Shown in pieces: positions 21,076-29,227 of a DNA stretch of 64,000 nt. The stretch is from Candidatus Latescibacterota bacterium (GTDB lineage Bacteria; Latescibacterota; UBA2968): the NCBI GenBank assembly GCA_965232265.1, contig CBDDPH010000002.1, positions 1,176,290 through 1,240,289 of the forward strand. The letters run 5' to 3'. Every line of letters begins with the position of its first letter. Positions within the stretch are counted from its first letter, which is position 1. The translations under genes were made by a program, and so were the position numbers. The notes under the pieces were generated by a model. It had not been told where the DNA came from and made no database searches. It was given only the letters and a program-made list of their open reading frames with translations.

Positions 21076-22044
21076 GTGAAAGCCATTCGCATATCGCAAT
21101 ACGGTGGTGCTGAAGTTTTGAGTTTTGAAGATGTTGATGTCGCAGATCCGGGCGAGGGACAGGTGCGGATTACCATAGAAGCCGCGGGTGTCAACTTTAT
21201 CGACACCTATCACCGCACAGGTCTCTATCCTCTGGATTTGCCGTTGACGCTGGGTCTGGAAGGCGCTGGCATCGTGAACGCGGTGGGCGCAGGAGTTTCG
21301 GATTTGACCGAGGGAGACCGCGTGGCATGGAAGAGTGTGGCGGGTTCTTATGCCGAGCAAGTTGTCGCAGACGAAGCCGAGGTGGTCAAAATTCCCTCAG
21401 ATGTCGCCACCAAAACCGCAGCCGCGGTGATGTTGCAAGGGTTGACCGCGCATTATCTGGTCAATAGCACCTATCCGGTTCGAGAAGGCGATACCTGCCT
21501 CATCCACGCAGCCGCAGGGGGTGTTGGTCTTTTGCTCGTACAGATGGCAAAAATGCGCGGGGCGCGGGTTATTGGCACCACATCGACCGAAGAAAAAGCG
21601 GCTCTGGCACGGGGTGCTGGTGCCGATGATATTGTTCTTTATACCGAACGGGATTTTGAAGCCGAAGTTCTGCGCCTCACAGATGGTCAGGGCGTGGAGG
21701 TGGTTTACGATTCCGTTGCCCAGGCCACCTGGGAGAAAAGCATCAATTGCCTCAAGCCGCGCGGTTATATGGTCTTTTTTGGCAATGCCAGTGGGCCGGT
21801 TCCGCCAATTGATCCCCTGCTTCTGTCGCAAAAAGGATCTATTTATCTCACGCGACCGACGCTCAATAGCTACACGCAGACCCGAGAAGAATATCTCCAG
21901 CGCACCAGCGAGGTTATGGGCTGGATTCAAGACGGCAGTCTGGATGTGCGTATTGGCGAAGCGCATCCGCTTGAAAATACGGCTGAAGCACATAACCGCC
22001 TCGAAGGTCGGCAGACGACGGGGAAAGTGTTGTTGATTCCGTAA
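21076..22044 (+). CDS. qor: NADPH:quinone oxidoreductase (zinc-binding dehydrogenase family)
   Basis: MKAIRISQYGGAEVL...GVNFIDTY N-terminus and the AAGGVGLLLVQMAK nucleotide-binding motif. Confidence 0.8.
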   Translation: MKAIRISQYGGAEVLSFEDVDVADPGEGQVRITIEAAGVNFIDTYHRTGLYPLDLPLTLGLEGAGIVNAVGAGVSDLTEGDRVAWKSVAGSYAEQVVADEAEVVKIPSDVATKTAAAVMLQGLTAHYLVNSTYPVREGDTCLIHAAAGGVGLLLVQMAKMRGARVIGTTSTEEKAALARGAGADDIVLYTERDFEAEVLRLTDGQGVEVVYDSVAQATWEKSINCLKPRGYMVFFGNASGPVPPIDPLLLSQKGSIYLTRPTLNSYTQTREEYLQRTSEVMGWIQDGSLDVRIGEAHPLENTAEAHNRLEGRQTTGKVLLIP

Positions 22045-22141
22045 ATCGGTGAGACGTGAGAGGCCGCCCATCCCTACCCCGACTGCGAGATTTGATGAAC
22101 TGCTGGCGAGACGTCGCAGTTGTAACCAGTCCCATAAATAT

Positions 22142-22651
22142 ATGTGTATCGAGACTCACACCACGCTGATTCTGCTCGTGAGAGCCTGCCCCTGCGGGGG
22201 TAAGCAGGGGGGCGATCCCATAACCCGTGTTTTGCTCGGCTACAAAAAACGCGGGTTTGGCGCAGGGAAATACACGGGTATTGGCGGGAAAATTGAACCC
22301 GGCGAAACGGTGCGTGCAGCCGCTGTGCGCGAAATGCGTGAAGAAACCGGCGTTGTGATGTCGCCTCATGACCTTGTGGATGCCGGGCATGTGGCGTTTT
22401 ATTTTCCCGCCCGTCCCCAGTGGAATCTCACGACCCGTATTTTTATTGGCCGCAGGTGGCAGGGCGAGCCGATAGAAACCGGGGAAATACGCCCCGTGTG
22501 GTTTGAAGTCAATCACCTGCCCTTTAATACGATGTGGGATGATGCCGCCTATTGGTATCCTTATGTGTTGGAGAACAAGCACGTCAGAGCAACATTTACA
22601 TTTTCCACTGACTGCAAAACCGTCGCGACCAGCGAGATTGAGATGTGGTAA
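22142..22651 (+). CDS. Nudix hydrolase (MutT-like)
   Basis: Nudix box GGKIEPGETVRAAAVREMREETGV. Start set at the internal ATG at 22142; the upstream 31 codons look non-coding. Confidence 0.7.
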   Translation: MCIETHTTLILLVRACPCGGKQGGDPITRVLLGYKKRGFGAGKYTGIGGKIEPGETVRAAAVREMREETGVVMSPHDLVDAGHVAFYFPARPQWNLTTRIFIGRRWQGEPIETGEIRPVWFEVNHLPFNTMWDDAAYWYPYVLENKHVRATFTFSTDCKTVATSEIEMW

Positions 22652-22668
22652 GTTGTATGTTTTTTTTC

Positions 22669-22697
22669 TTGACTCTTGTGGTGGAATTATTATATAT
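22669..22697 (+). promoter_or_regulatory. sigma-70-like promoter candidate upstream of the sigma factor gene
   Basis: TTGACT (22669-22674), a 16-17-bp spacer, then TATATA/ATATAT (about 22691-22697). If the host is FCB-like, E. coli-type consensus may not apply. Confidence 0.3.
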
Positions 22698-22750
22698 CAG
22701 GACGTTTGATAAATGAAACTTAACAGACTCTTTACTTTCTCTTTAATGAG

Positions 22751-23611
22751 GTGATTGTTTTGACTACATCGCCCAGAAGTGTTCCCAAAGATGCACTGCA
22801 TCACTATCTCGAAGATGTGGCTTCGTCTCAACCCCTGTCTTCCGAAGAGGAAGTTGCGCTCGCTGTTCGCATTCGCAAAGGCGATCAGGAAGCGCGGGCA
22901 AAACTCATTGAAGCCAATTTGCGCTTTGTGATTACTGTGGCCTACGAATATCAAAATCAGGGCGTACCGGTCGTGGATCTCATCAGCGCGGGAAATGTGG
23001 GGTTGATCACCGCGGCAGAGCGTTTTGACGAGACGAGGGGATTTAAGTTTATCTCTTATGCTGTTTGGTGGATTCGCCAATCTATTTTGCAAACTCTGGC
23101 AGAACACGCTCGGGTCGTGCGGCTTCCGCTCAATCGCGTGGAATTGCTCAGACGCATATCTCGCTGTAAAAACAACCAGAAGCAAGAGTCTTCCACGCGC
23201 ACTGCCGAAGAAGAAATTGCCGAAGAATTGGATATTCCGGTGGCGCAAGTTACGGATATTCTCACGAGTGGGCAGCGCACCTTGTCTCTGGATACGTCTC
23301 TTGGCGATGGGGAAAATAGCCTTCTTGAAATGATGCCCGATAACTCTCAAGAGTCGCCAGATGCAATGGCATTGAGAAATACCCTCAAAGCTGAAATCTC
23401 AAATGCTTTGAGCACCCTCGATGAGCGCGAGCAAAAAGTGATCCGGCTCTATTTTGGATTGGGCGGCGGCACAGAGATGACGCTGGAAGAAATTGGCAAG
23501 CAATTTCGCCTGACGCGCGAACGCATTCGGCAAATTAAAGAAAAAGCACTCCGAAAGTTGCGCCATCCCACGCGCGGGCGAAAGCTGATGCCCTATGCGG
23601 AAGATACGTGA
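22751..23611 (+). CDS. RNA polymerase sigma-70 family factor (short, ~286 aa, lacks region 1.1; possibly the primary sigma)
   Basis: Region 2 (DLISAGNVGLITAAERFDETRGFKFISYAVWWIRQSI), region 3 and region 4 HTH (TLEEIGKQFRLTRERIRQIKEKALRKLR). GTG/TTG start with a GAGG RBS. Confidence 0.8.
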   Translation: MIVLTTSPRSVPKDALHHYLEDVASSQPLSSEEEVALAVRIRKGDQEARAKLIEANLRFVITVAYEYQNQGVPVVDLISAGNVGLITAAERFDETRGFKFISYAVWWIRQSILQTLAEHARVVRLPLNRVELLRRISRCKNNQKQESSTRTAEEEIAEELDIPVAQVTDILTSGQRTLSLDTSLGDGENSLLEMMPDNSQESPDAMALRNTLKAEISNALSTLDEREQKVIRLYFGLGGGTEMTLEEIGKQFRLTRERIRQIKEKALRKLRHPTRGRKLMPYAEDT

Positions 23612-24966
23612 ATATTACACCTCAATTTCTCCACCCATTCTCGAAATCGCTCACCGCGCTCTTCAAAATTGCGAAACTGATCGTAACTCGCCGATGCTGG
23701 CGATAGCAATACCACATCGCCAGCTTGTGCGAGGCTTGTCGCGCAGCCCATCGCTTCTTCCAAATTTTCTACGCGGTGAATATTGGTTTTCCCTTTTGCC
23801 GTTGCCGCAATCGCATCCCCGGTTTCGCCCATCACAATCAGATGTGCGACCTTTTCCGCTATTACCCCTCCCAAATTGTCATACGCAATTCCCTTATCGT
23901 AGCCGCCTGCGATCAGCACGATCGGTTTGCTGTATGCCATGAGCGCTGTCCGCGTGCGGTCGGGACTCGTGGCTATTGAGTCGTTCACATAGAGAACGCC
24001 CTGTACTTCTGCCACTTGCTCCAATCTGTGTGGCATGCCCCGAAATGTCTGCAAGACCTCGGCGATATTTTCTTCAGATACGCCGCTTATGATCGCTGCA
24101 CCCGTAGCCGCCAGTGCGTTGGCGAGGTTGTGCCGCCCGCGCAAGGATAGGGTATCTACTGGACAGACGGTTCGCGTCTCGCCTCCGATTGTGTGTTGAA
24201 TTTTTCCCCCGCGGACAAATATATCCCCTTCGCCTTCAACGGCAAATACCACCCGCTGTCCCGCGCCCGTCCAACGAGACACTTCGGCATCTTCTCCGTT
24301 GACAATCGTCCAGTCGCTTTTTGTCTGGTGCATGACGATTTGTTGCTTGGCTTGTCGATACGCTTGTAGCGATCCGTGAACGTCGATGTGATTTGGCGCG
24401 AAGTTGGTCGTGACGGCGATGTGGGGGCTCCACGGCTGCTCGCCCAATCGGTCGAGTTGAAAGCTCGATAATTCCAGTACGATGGGTACATCGGCGTGTA
24501 GCAGGTCCAATTCATCGAGTAACGATCCCCCAATATTGCCGCCGATTTGCGTGCGTTTGTCTTTTCGCTTGAGCATTGCTCCTATGAGCGAGGTCGTCGT
24601 GGTTTTGCCACTGCTGCCCGTTATGCCGATTATGGGCGCGGGACAGCGTTCGACAAATAGGCAGATTTCCGATGTGATGGGCACGCCCGCAGATTCTGCG
24701 ATTTTCAAGTATGGCGATGATCGGGGGACTGCGGGATTGGCGACTATTAAATCTGCGTCCCGAAAATCCGTTTCTTCGTGCCCGCCCAGCTTATAGGCGA
24801 TGGGTAATCCATTTAGGGCGCGTACCGAAGCGCGCAGGTCTTTTTCAGGGCGCAAGTCCGTCACTGTCACCACCGCGCCTTCGCGTACCAGAAAACGCAC
24901 GGCTCCCACGCCCCCGCCAAATAATCCCAATCCCATTACTGTGACGCGCTGGCCTTTTAAGTTCAC
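23593..24966 (-). CDS. murD: UDP-N-acetylmuramoylalanine--D-glutamate ligase
   Basis: VTVMGLGLFGGG N-terminus and the Mur-ligase GSSGKTTT P-loop. GTG start at 24966. The 3' end overlaps the sigma gene 3' end by 19 bp. Confidence 0.85.
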   Translation of the reverse strand: MNLKGQRVTVMGLGLFGGGVGAVRFLVREGAVVTVTDLRPEKDLRASVRALNGLPIAYKLGGHEETDFRDADLIVANPAVPRSSPYLKIAESAGVPITSEICLFVERCPAPIIGITGSSGKTTTTSLIGAMLKRKDKRTQIGGNIGGSLLDELDLLHADVPIVLELSSFQLDRLGEQPWSPHIAVTTNFAPNHIDVHGSLQAYRQAKQQIVMHQTKSDWTIVNGEDAEVSRWTGAGQRVVFAVEGEGDIFVRGGKIQHTIGGETRTVCPVDTLSLRGRHNLANALAATGAAIISGVSEENIAEVLQTFRGMPHRLEQVAEVQGVLYVNDSIATSPDRTRTALMAYSKPIVLIAGGYDKGIAYDNLGGVIAEKVAHLIVMGETGDAIAATAKGKTNIHRVENLEEAMGCATSLAQAGDVVLLSPASASYDQFRNFEERGERFREWVEKLRCNIHVSSA

Positions 24967-24980
24967 GGGAAGTCTCCAGG

Positions 24981-25033
24981 TGTCGATAGGTGCGGGTTTC
25001 GAGTGGTGTTCAACTGCGTAGCAGTTCAACCCG
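24981..25033. repeat. palindromic REP-like element (AGGTGCGGGTT ... AACCCGCACCT)
   Basis: An 11-bp inverted repeat enclosing a ~30-nt loop that itself holds a GTTCAACTGC/GCAGTTCAAC near-palindrome. The same stem sequence recurs at 33754-33784. Confidence 0.45.
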
Positions 25034-25039
25034 CACCTA

Positions 25040-26026
25040 CTATTCCTCTAACAATTGATCGATGAGATCGACCGGGGTGATGCCCTCGGCTTCGGCATTG
25101 AAATTTGTGACGAGGCGATGGCGCAAGACGGGTTTGGCGACAAAAGAGACGTCGGCGATAGACGGTGCAAAGCGTCCGCTGAGTACGGCACGCGCTTTGG
25201 CGCCCAGGATGAGGCATTGGGAGGCGCGCGGGCCTGCGCCCCATCTGAGCATGTTGCCGATGGATGTGTCTGCATTTTGAGGGCGGGTTTTGCGGACGAG
25301 ATCTACCGCGTGATCTACGATGTGATCGGCTACTGGAACTTTGCGGATGAGTTGCTGGAGGTTGCGAATTTGTTCGGCGTTGATTACGGGCTGCACGTCA
25401 TAGGTTTGGGCACCTGTGGTGGCTTTGACAATGGCGCGTTCTTCTTCCTGGGTGGGATAATCAATCCACAGGTTAAATATGAAGCGGTCGAGTTGGGCTT
25501 CGGGCAAGGGATAAGTGCCTTCCTGTTCGATGGGATTTTGAGTGGCCAGGACAAAGAACGGTTCTTCGAGGCGAAAGGTTCCCCCCCCGGCGGTGACTTC
25601 GTGTTCTTGCATGGCCTGCAATAAGGCGGCCTGGGTTTTGGGCGGGGTGCGGTTGATTTCGTCGGCGAGGATGATGTTGGCAAATAAGGGACCTTTGACA
25701 AAGCGAAATGTTTTGTGTCCGGTGGTCTGGTCTTCTTCGAGGAGTTCTGTGCCCGTGATGTCTGAAGGCATGAGGTCGGGGGTAAATTGGATGCGGCTGA
25801 AGGACAGGTCAAGCGCACGCGCGAGGGTGCTGATGAGGAGTGTTTTGGCAAGGCCGGGCACACCGACGAGCAAACAATGGCCCCCGCAGAGGAGGGCGAT
25901 GAGTAGTTGATCGACGATTTCCCGCTGTCCAATAATGACTTTGCCAATTTCGGCGACGATCTGGTGATATGCGGTTTTTAATTCTTCAACGGCCTGGAGG
26001 TCTTCATGAGGTGATGCTTCGGGCAT
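25040..26026 (-). CDS. MoxR-family AAA+ ATPase
   Basis: Walker A GVPGLAKT, Walker B ILADEINR and MoxR-type C-terminus. The ORF-track 129-aa Pro/Ser/Thr-rich N-terminal extension is rejected; ATG at 26026. Confidence 0.85.
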   Translation of the reverse strand: MPEASPHEDLQAVEELKTAYHQIVAEIGKVIIGQREIVDQLLIALLCGGHCLLVGVPGLAKTLLISTLARALDLSFSRIQFTPDLMPSDITGTELLEEDQTTGHKTFRFVKGPLFANIILADEINRTPPKTQAALLQAMQEHEVTAGGGTFRLEEPFFVLATQNPIEQEGTYPLPEAQLDRFIFNLWIDYPTQEEERAIVKATTGAQTYDVQPVINAEQIRNLQQLIRKVPVADHIVDHAVDLVRKTRPQNADTSIGNMLRWGAGPRASQCLILGAKARAVLSGRFAPSIADVSFVAKPVLRHRLVTNFNAEAEGITPVDLIDQLLEE

Positions 26027-26039
26027 TTTGTTTCCTTTC

Positions 26040-27368
26040 TCAGGTTTTGCGTTTTTCTTTTTTCGCCGCCGGAAAGAGAATATTGTTGAGGATGAGGCGA
26101 TAGCCCGGCGAATTTTTGTGTAGCGCGAGTTGCGTGGGCGGGTCGTTGACAAAGTGCTGATAGTCTTCCGGATCGTGTCCCGCATAAAATGTGAACGTGC
26201 CTTTGCCGATGTTGCCGTGGATGTATTTGACGTGGTCCGTGCCGGGGATATCGCCCATAATGGTGACGGATTTTTTGATGCTATTTTTGCGAAAGGCCGT
26301 GGTTTGGCCCAAAAAGCCGGGGACAATAGGCGTGTGGTTTTGCGTGAGCATGGTGGGCACGGGATCGTATTTTGCCGAGAATTCAAATAGGGAGAAGGCG
26401 TCGATGTCGGCATTTCTAATCTGGCTCATTTCAATGGGCGACAGGTCGATATCGGCGTGTTCGTACTCGAGGGGGTCCATAACGAGGTTGAAGTTTTCAA
26501 AGGCTACTGTGCGCGAGAAATCGAGCTTTTGACGCGCCTGTGGGTCTGCGGGGTCGCCGTCGTAAACGCTATCGACAATGTCGATTCCGCGTGCTGCAAG
26601 GGCAATGTCAAAGGTATCGGTGGCCGAGCACATGGCAAAGAGAAAGCCGCCCTGTGTGACGTAGTTGTAAATGGCCTGTGCGACCGCGCCTTTGAGGTGG
26701 GCTACTTTGGCAAAGCCCAATTTGCCAGCGAGGGCTTTGAATCCGGCCTGTTGTTGGCGGTACCAGAGGGTGTGACCGTGGCTGCGATAAAATTTGCCGT
26801 ATTGTCCCGTGAAGTCTTCGTGGTGCAGGTGTAGCCAATCGAAGTTTTCGAGTTTGCCCATGATAACTTCTTCGTCCCACAAGGTGGTATAGGGGATTTC
26901 CGCATACGTGAGCGCCAGTGTGACGGCGTCGTCCCAGGGCTGTTTGTTCGGAGGGGTATAGACTGCGATGCGAGGGGCTTTTTCAAGGCGCATGCGATTC
27001 ATGTTGCCGGATTCAATATCGGCGTAGATGCGCGTGGCCTGCGCGGCTGAGATGGCCTGGAATGAGACAGCGCGTATTCGGGCTTCTCGCGCGATGGTTT
27101 CGTGGTTGTCCATGAGAAAGGACCCGCCGCGGTAGTTGAGCAACCACTCGACGGAATGCCCCTGCTGCAATGCCCAATACGCAATGCCATAAGCTTTGAG
27201 GTGATCGGTTTGCGAGATGTCCATGGGGATGAGGATTTTGCCGACATTCGCGCTTCCGCCACCAATCGCCGCGGTGCAGGGAGATGATGTCACTATAATG
27301 AAGAGCAAGGTGAGAAGTGTGAAGTGAGAAGTATGAAGTGTGAAATGCGTGAGGCTTGAGTTTCGCAT
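26040..27368 (-). CDS. secreted hypothetical protein (possibly class-I glutamine-amidotransferase-like/DUF4350-like fold; uncertain)
   Basis: Hydrophobic signal-like N-terminus (LLTLLFIIVTSSPCTAA). No confident family match by eye; a DISQTD motif follows the signal. The first ~25 codons overlap a CACTTCA simple repeat, so the exact start is uncertain (27368 or 27395). Confidence 0.45.
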   Translation of the reverse strand: MRNSSLTHFTLHTSHFTLLTLLFIIVTSSPCTAAIGGGSANVGKILIPMDISQTDHLKAYGIAYWALQQGHSVEWLLNYRGGSFLMDNHETIAREARIRAVSFQAISAAQATRIYADIESGNMNRMRLEKAPRIAVYTPPNKQPWDDAVTLALTYAEIPYTTLWDEEVIMGKLENFDWLHLHHEDFTGQYGKFYRSHGHTLWYRQQQAGFKALAGKLGFAKVAHLKGAVAQAIYNYVTQGGFLFAMCSATDTFDIALAARGIDIVDSVYDGDPADPQARQKLDFSRTVAFENFNLVMDPLEYEHADIDLSPIEMSQIRNADIDAFSLFEFSAKYDPVPTMLTQNHTPIVPGFLGQTTAFRKNSIKKSVTIMGDIPGTDHVKYIHGNIGKGTFTFYAGHDPEDYQHFVNDPPTQLALHKNSPGYRLILNNILFPAAKKEKRKT

Positions 27369-27391
27369 CTCACTTTTTTGCCGTTTCAATA

Positions 27392-29227
27392 TCATCCCGT
27401 TTCCTTTGTTTTTTTGAGCGTCTGGATTTTTTGTCGGAGGTTTCGCAGTCGCTCGCGTGCTATGTCGGCTTCGAGGCTTGTGGGATAGTTGACGAGCAGG
27501 GTTTCATAGATTTTTTGCGCGTCGTAATATTGGCCCAGGTATTTGTCGTATATCGCGCCCTGTGCGATATATGCGGCGGGGGAAAGCGGGCTTTCGGGTT
27601 GTGTGGCGATGAGTTTGCGGTAGGTCTGAAGGGCTTGTGGATAGCGTTTTTGGTCGGTGTAAATTTTTGCCTGATGCTCGAGCAGGCGATCCGCGAGAAA
27701 AGATTGCGGATGGGCGCGATGGAGGGTTTCAAAGGCGTTTAATGCCCCGTTCTGATCTTTTTGGCGCAGCTTGAGACAGGCACTGGCATACGCGCTGAGC
27801 AGGGTTGCATCTGCGCGCTGGCCTTCTTGTAACAGGGCGGATAGGGCGATGGCGTCGTTGATGATGTCGCGGTTGACATCTGTTTTGAGCAAGGCGTTGA
27901 GCAGGGTTTGTGCCTGGTCGATCTGGCCCGATAGAAAATGCAACTCGGCGAGGCGAAAGCGCGCTTCGGTTACTTCGGAGTCGGTCGCTTTTTCGGAAAT
28001 AACCTGGTAGTAGATGCGCCGCGTTTTATCTGTGTTATTCGCCTGTAGATGTCCTTCGGCAAGGGCAAATAGCGCCTTGTATCGCCAGGTGCTGCGCCGA
28101 TGGGTCTGGATCAAGTTTTGAAATGCTTGTTGGGCACCTGCGGCGTCATTGTGGTGATCGCGCAAGATGATGCCCACGAGATAACGGGCTTCGTCTGCCT
28201 CTGCGCGGTCGGGGTGATGGGTGATGAGGGCACTGTAGTGGGTTTGTGCCTCAGCGGGGCGGCCTGCAAGCTGATACGCTTTGCCCAGGCCCAATTGTGC
28301 GCGGGCGCGATAGTCGGGACGGTCTGCGCGATCACATATCGCCCGATAAGCGGCAATAGCGATTGCGGGATTTTCATTGTCGAGGGCGTAGTGCGCGATG
28401 CGGAAGAGATAATGCCAGTTATTATTTGTAGGCGCATCGGGCGAGAGCAACAGGTCGAGTGTTTGCGCGATAAATCCAGCGGGCAGGGCGTATTCGATGA
28501 GCAGGCTGAGATGGGTTTGGTCGCTGGGCGATGAGAGCAGGCCAAAGATCTCGGCGTGCTGGTCGCCATTTTGGGCAAAATCGCGCAGGCGTGATTCAAC
28601 GTGTGCGCGGTACTGCGGATTTTCCCGAACCCAGACCAGATATTCGCGCACGGCATCGGGATAATGGGCGCGGCGTTCGGCGAGTTCGGCGAGTTCGCGG
28701 GCAAAAAGCGTTGTGTCCTGGCGTGCGGTTCTCGCGCGGCGGTAGGTCTGTTCGGCGCGTTTGTCCATGTTGCGCCTGCGATAGCGGTCGGCAATGATGG
28801 CAAAGGCGTGTGTGTTCGTCGAATGCTGAAGCAGGGGTTCCCAGGAGGCGGCTGCGGAATCTATTTGCCCCAGTTCAAAGAGCGCGATGCCCAGGTGAAG
28901 ACGTGTGTTGTTGTCGTTTGGAAAAGACGACAGGCGTTGGCGCAATAGCTCCACGGTTTCGGCATGCCTGCCCGCCCGCGAGAGTGCGGTGCTGAGGCGC
29001 ATGAGAAGGTCGACGCGATGGGGATGCTGGATGTAAAGCCCGCGGTAGATGTGGATCGCGCTCGTGAAGTCCTTTTCGGCTTCGAGGGCGCTTGCACGCT
29101 GGAGCGCGGCGCTGATCTGCTCGGTAGATGCGATAGCAGTTCCCGCGATTAAGAGGAGAAGTGCGATATAGCAACTATCTCGCAAAAACCAAATTTTAGT
29201 CGTCCGTTGTCTTTTTCGCATCTTCAA
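27392..29227 (-). CDS. TPR-repeat protein (611 aa)
   Basis: Multiple TPR-like helical repeats and an N-terminal signal/TM segment. Overlaps the upstream gene end by 32 bp. Confidence 0.65.
   Translation of the reverse strand: MKMRKRQRTTKIWFLRDSCYIALLLLIAGTAIASTEQISAALQRASALEAEKDFTSAIHIYRGLYIQHPHRVDLLMRLSTALSRAGRHAETVELLRQRLSSFPNDNNTRLHLGIALFELGQIDSAAASWEPLLQHSTNTHAFAIIADRYRRRNMDKRAEQTYRRARTARQDTTLFARELAELAERRAHYPDAVREYLVWVRENPQYRAHVESRLRDFAQNGDQHAEIFGLLSSPSDQTHLSLLIEYALPAGFIAQTLDLLLSPDAPTNNNWHYLFRIAHYALDNENPAIAIAAYRAICDRADRPDYRARAQLGLGKAYQLAGRPAEAQTHYSALITHHPDRAEADEARYLVGIILRDHHNDAAGAQQAFQNLIQTHRRSTWRYKALFALAEGHLQANNTDKTRRIYYQVISEKATDSEVTEARFRLAELHFLSGQIDQAQTLLNALLKTDVNRDIINDAIALSALLQEGQRADATLLSAYASACLKLRQKDQNGALNAFETLHRAHPQSFLADRLLEHQAKIYTDQKRYPQALQTYRKLIATQPESPLSPAAYIAQGAIYDKYLGQYYDAQKIYETLLVNYPTSLEADIARERLRNLRQKIQTLKKTKETG

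Noticed and set aside
20983-22582. Antisense ORFs 20983..21360, 21397..22071 and 21914..22582 opposite qor and the Nudix gene
   Set aside because: Low-complexity, shadow frames of well-supported genes on the other strand.
26027-26413. 129-codon Pro/Ser/Thr-rich N-terminal extension of the MoxR ORF in the ORF track (25040..26413)
   Set aside because: Low-complexity, unlike MoxR N-termini. A good ATG at 26026 starts the canonical AAA+ protein, and the extension overlaps the upstream gene's 3' end.
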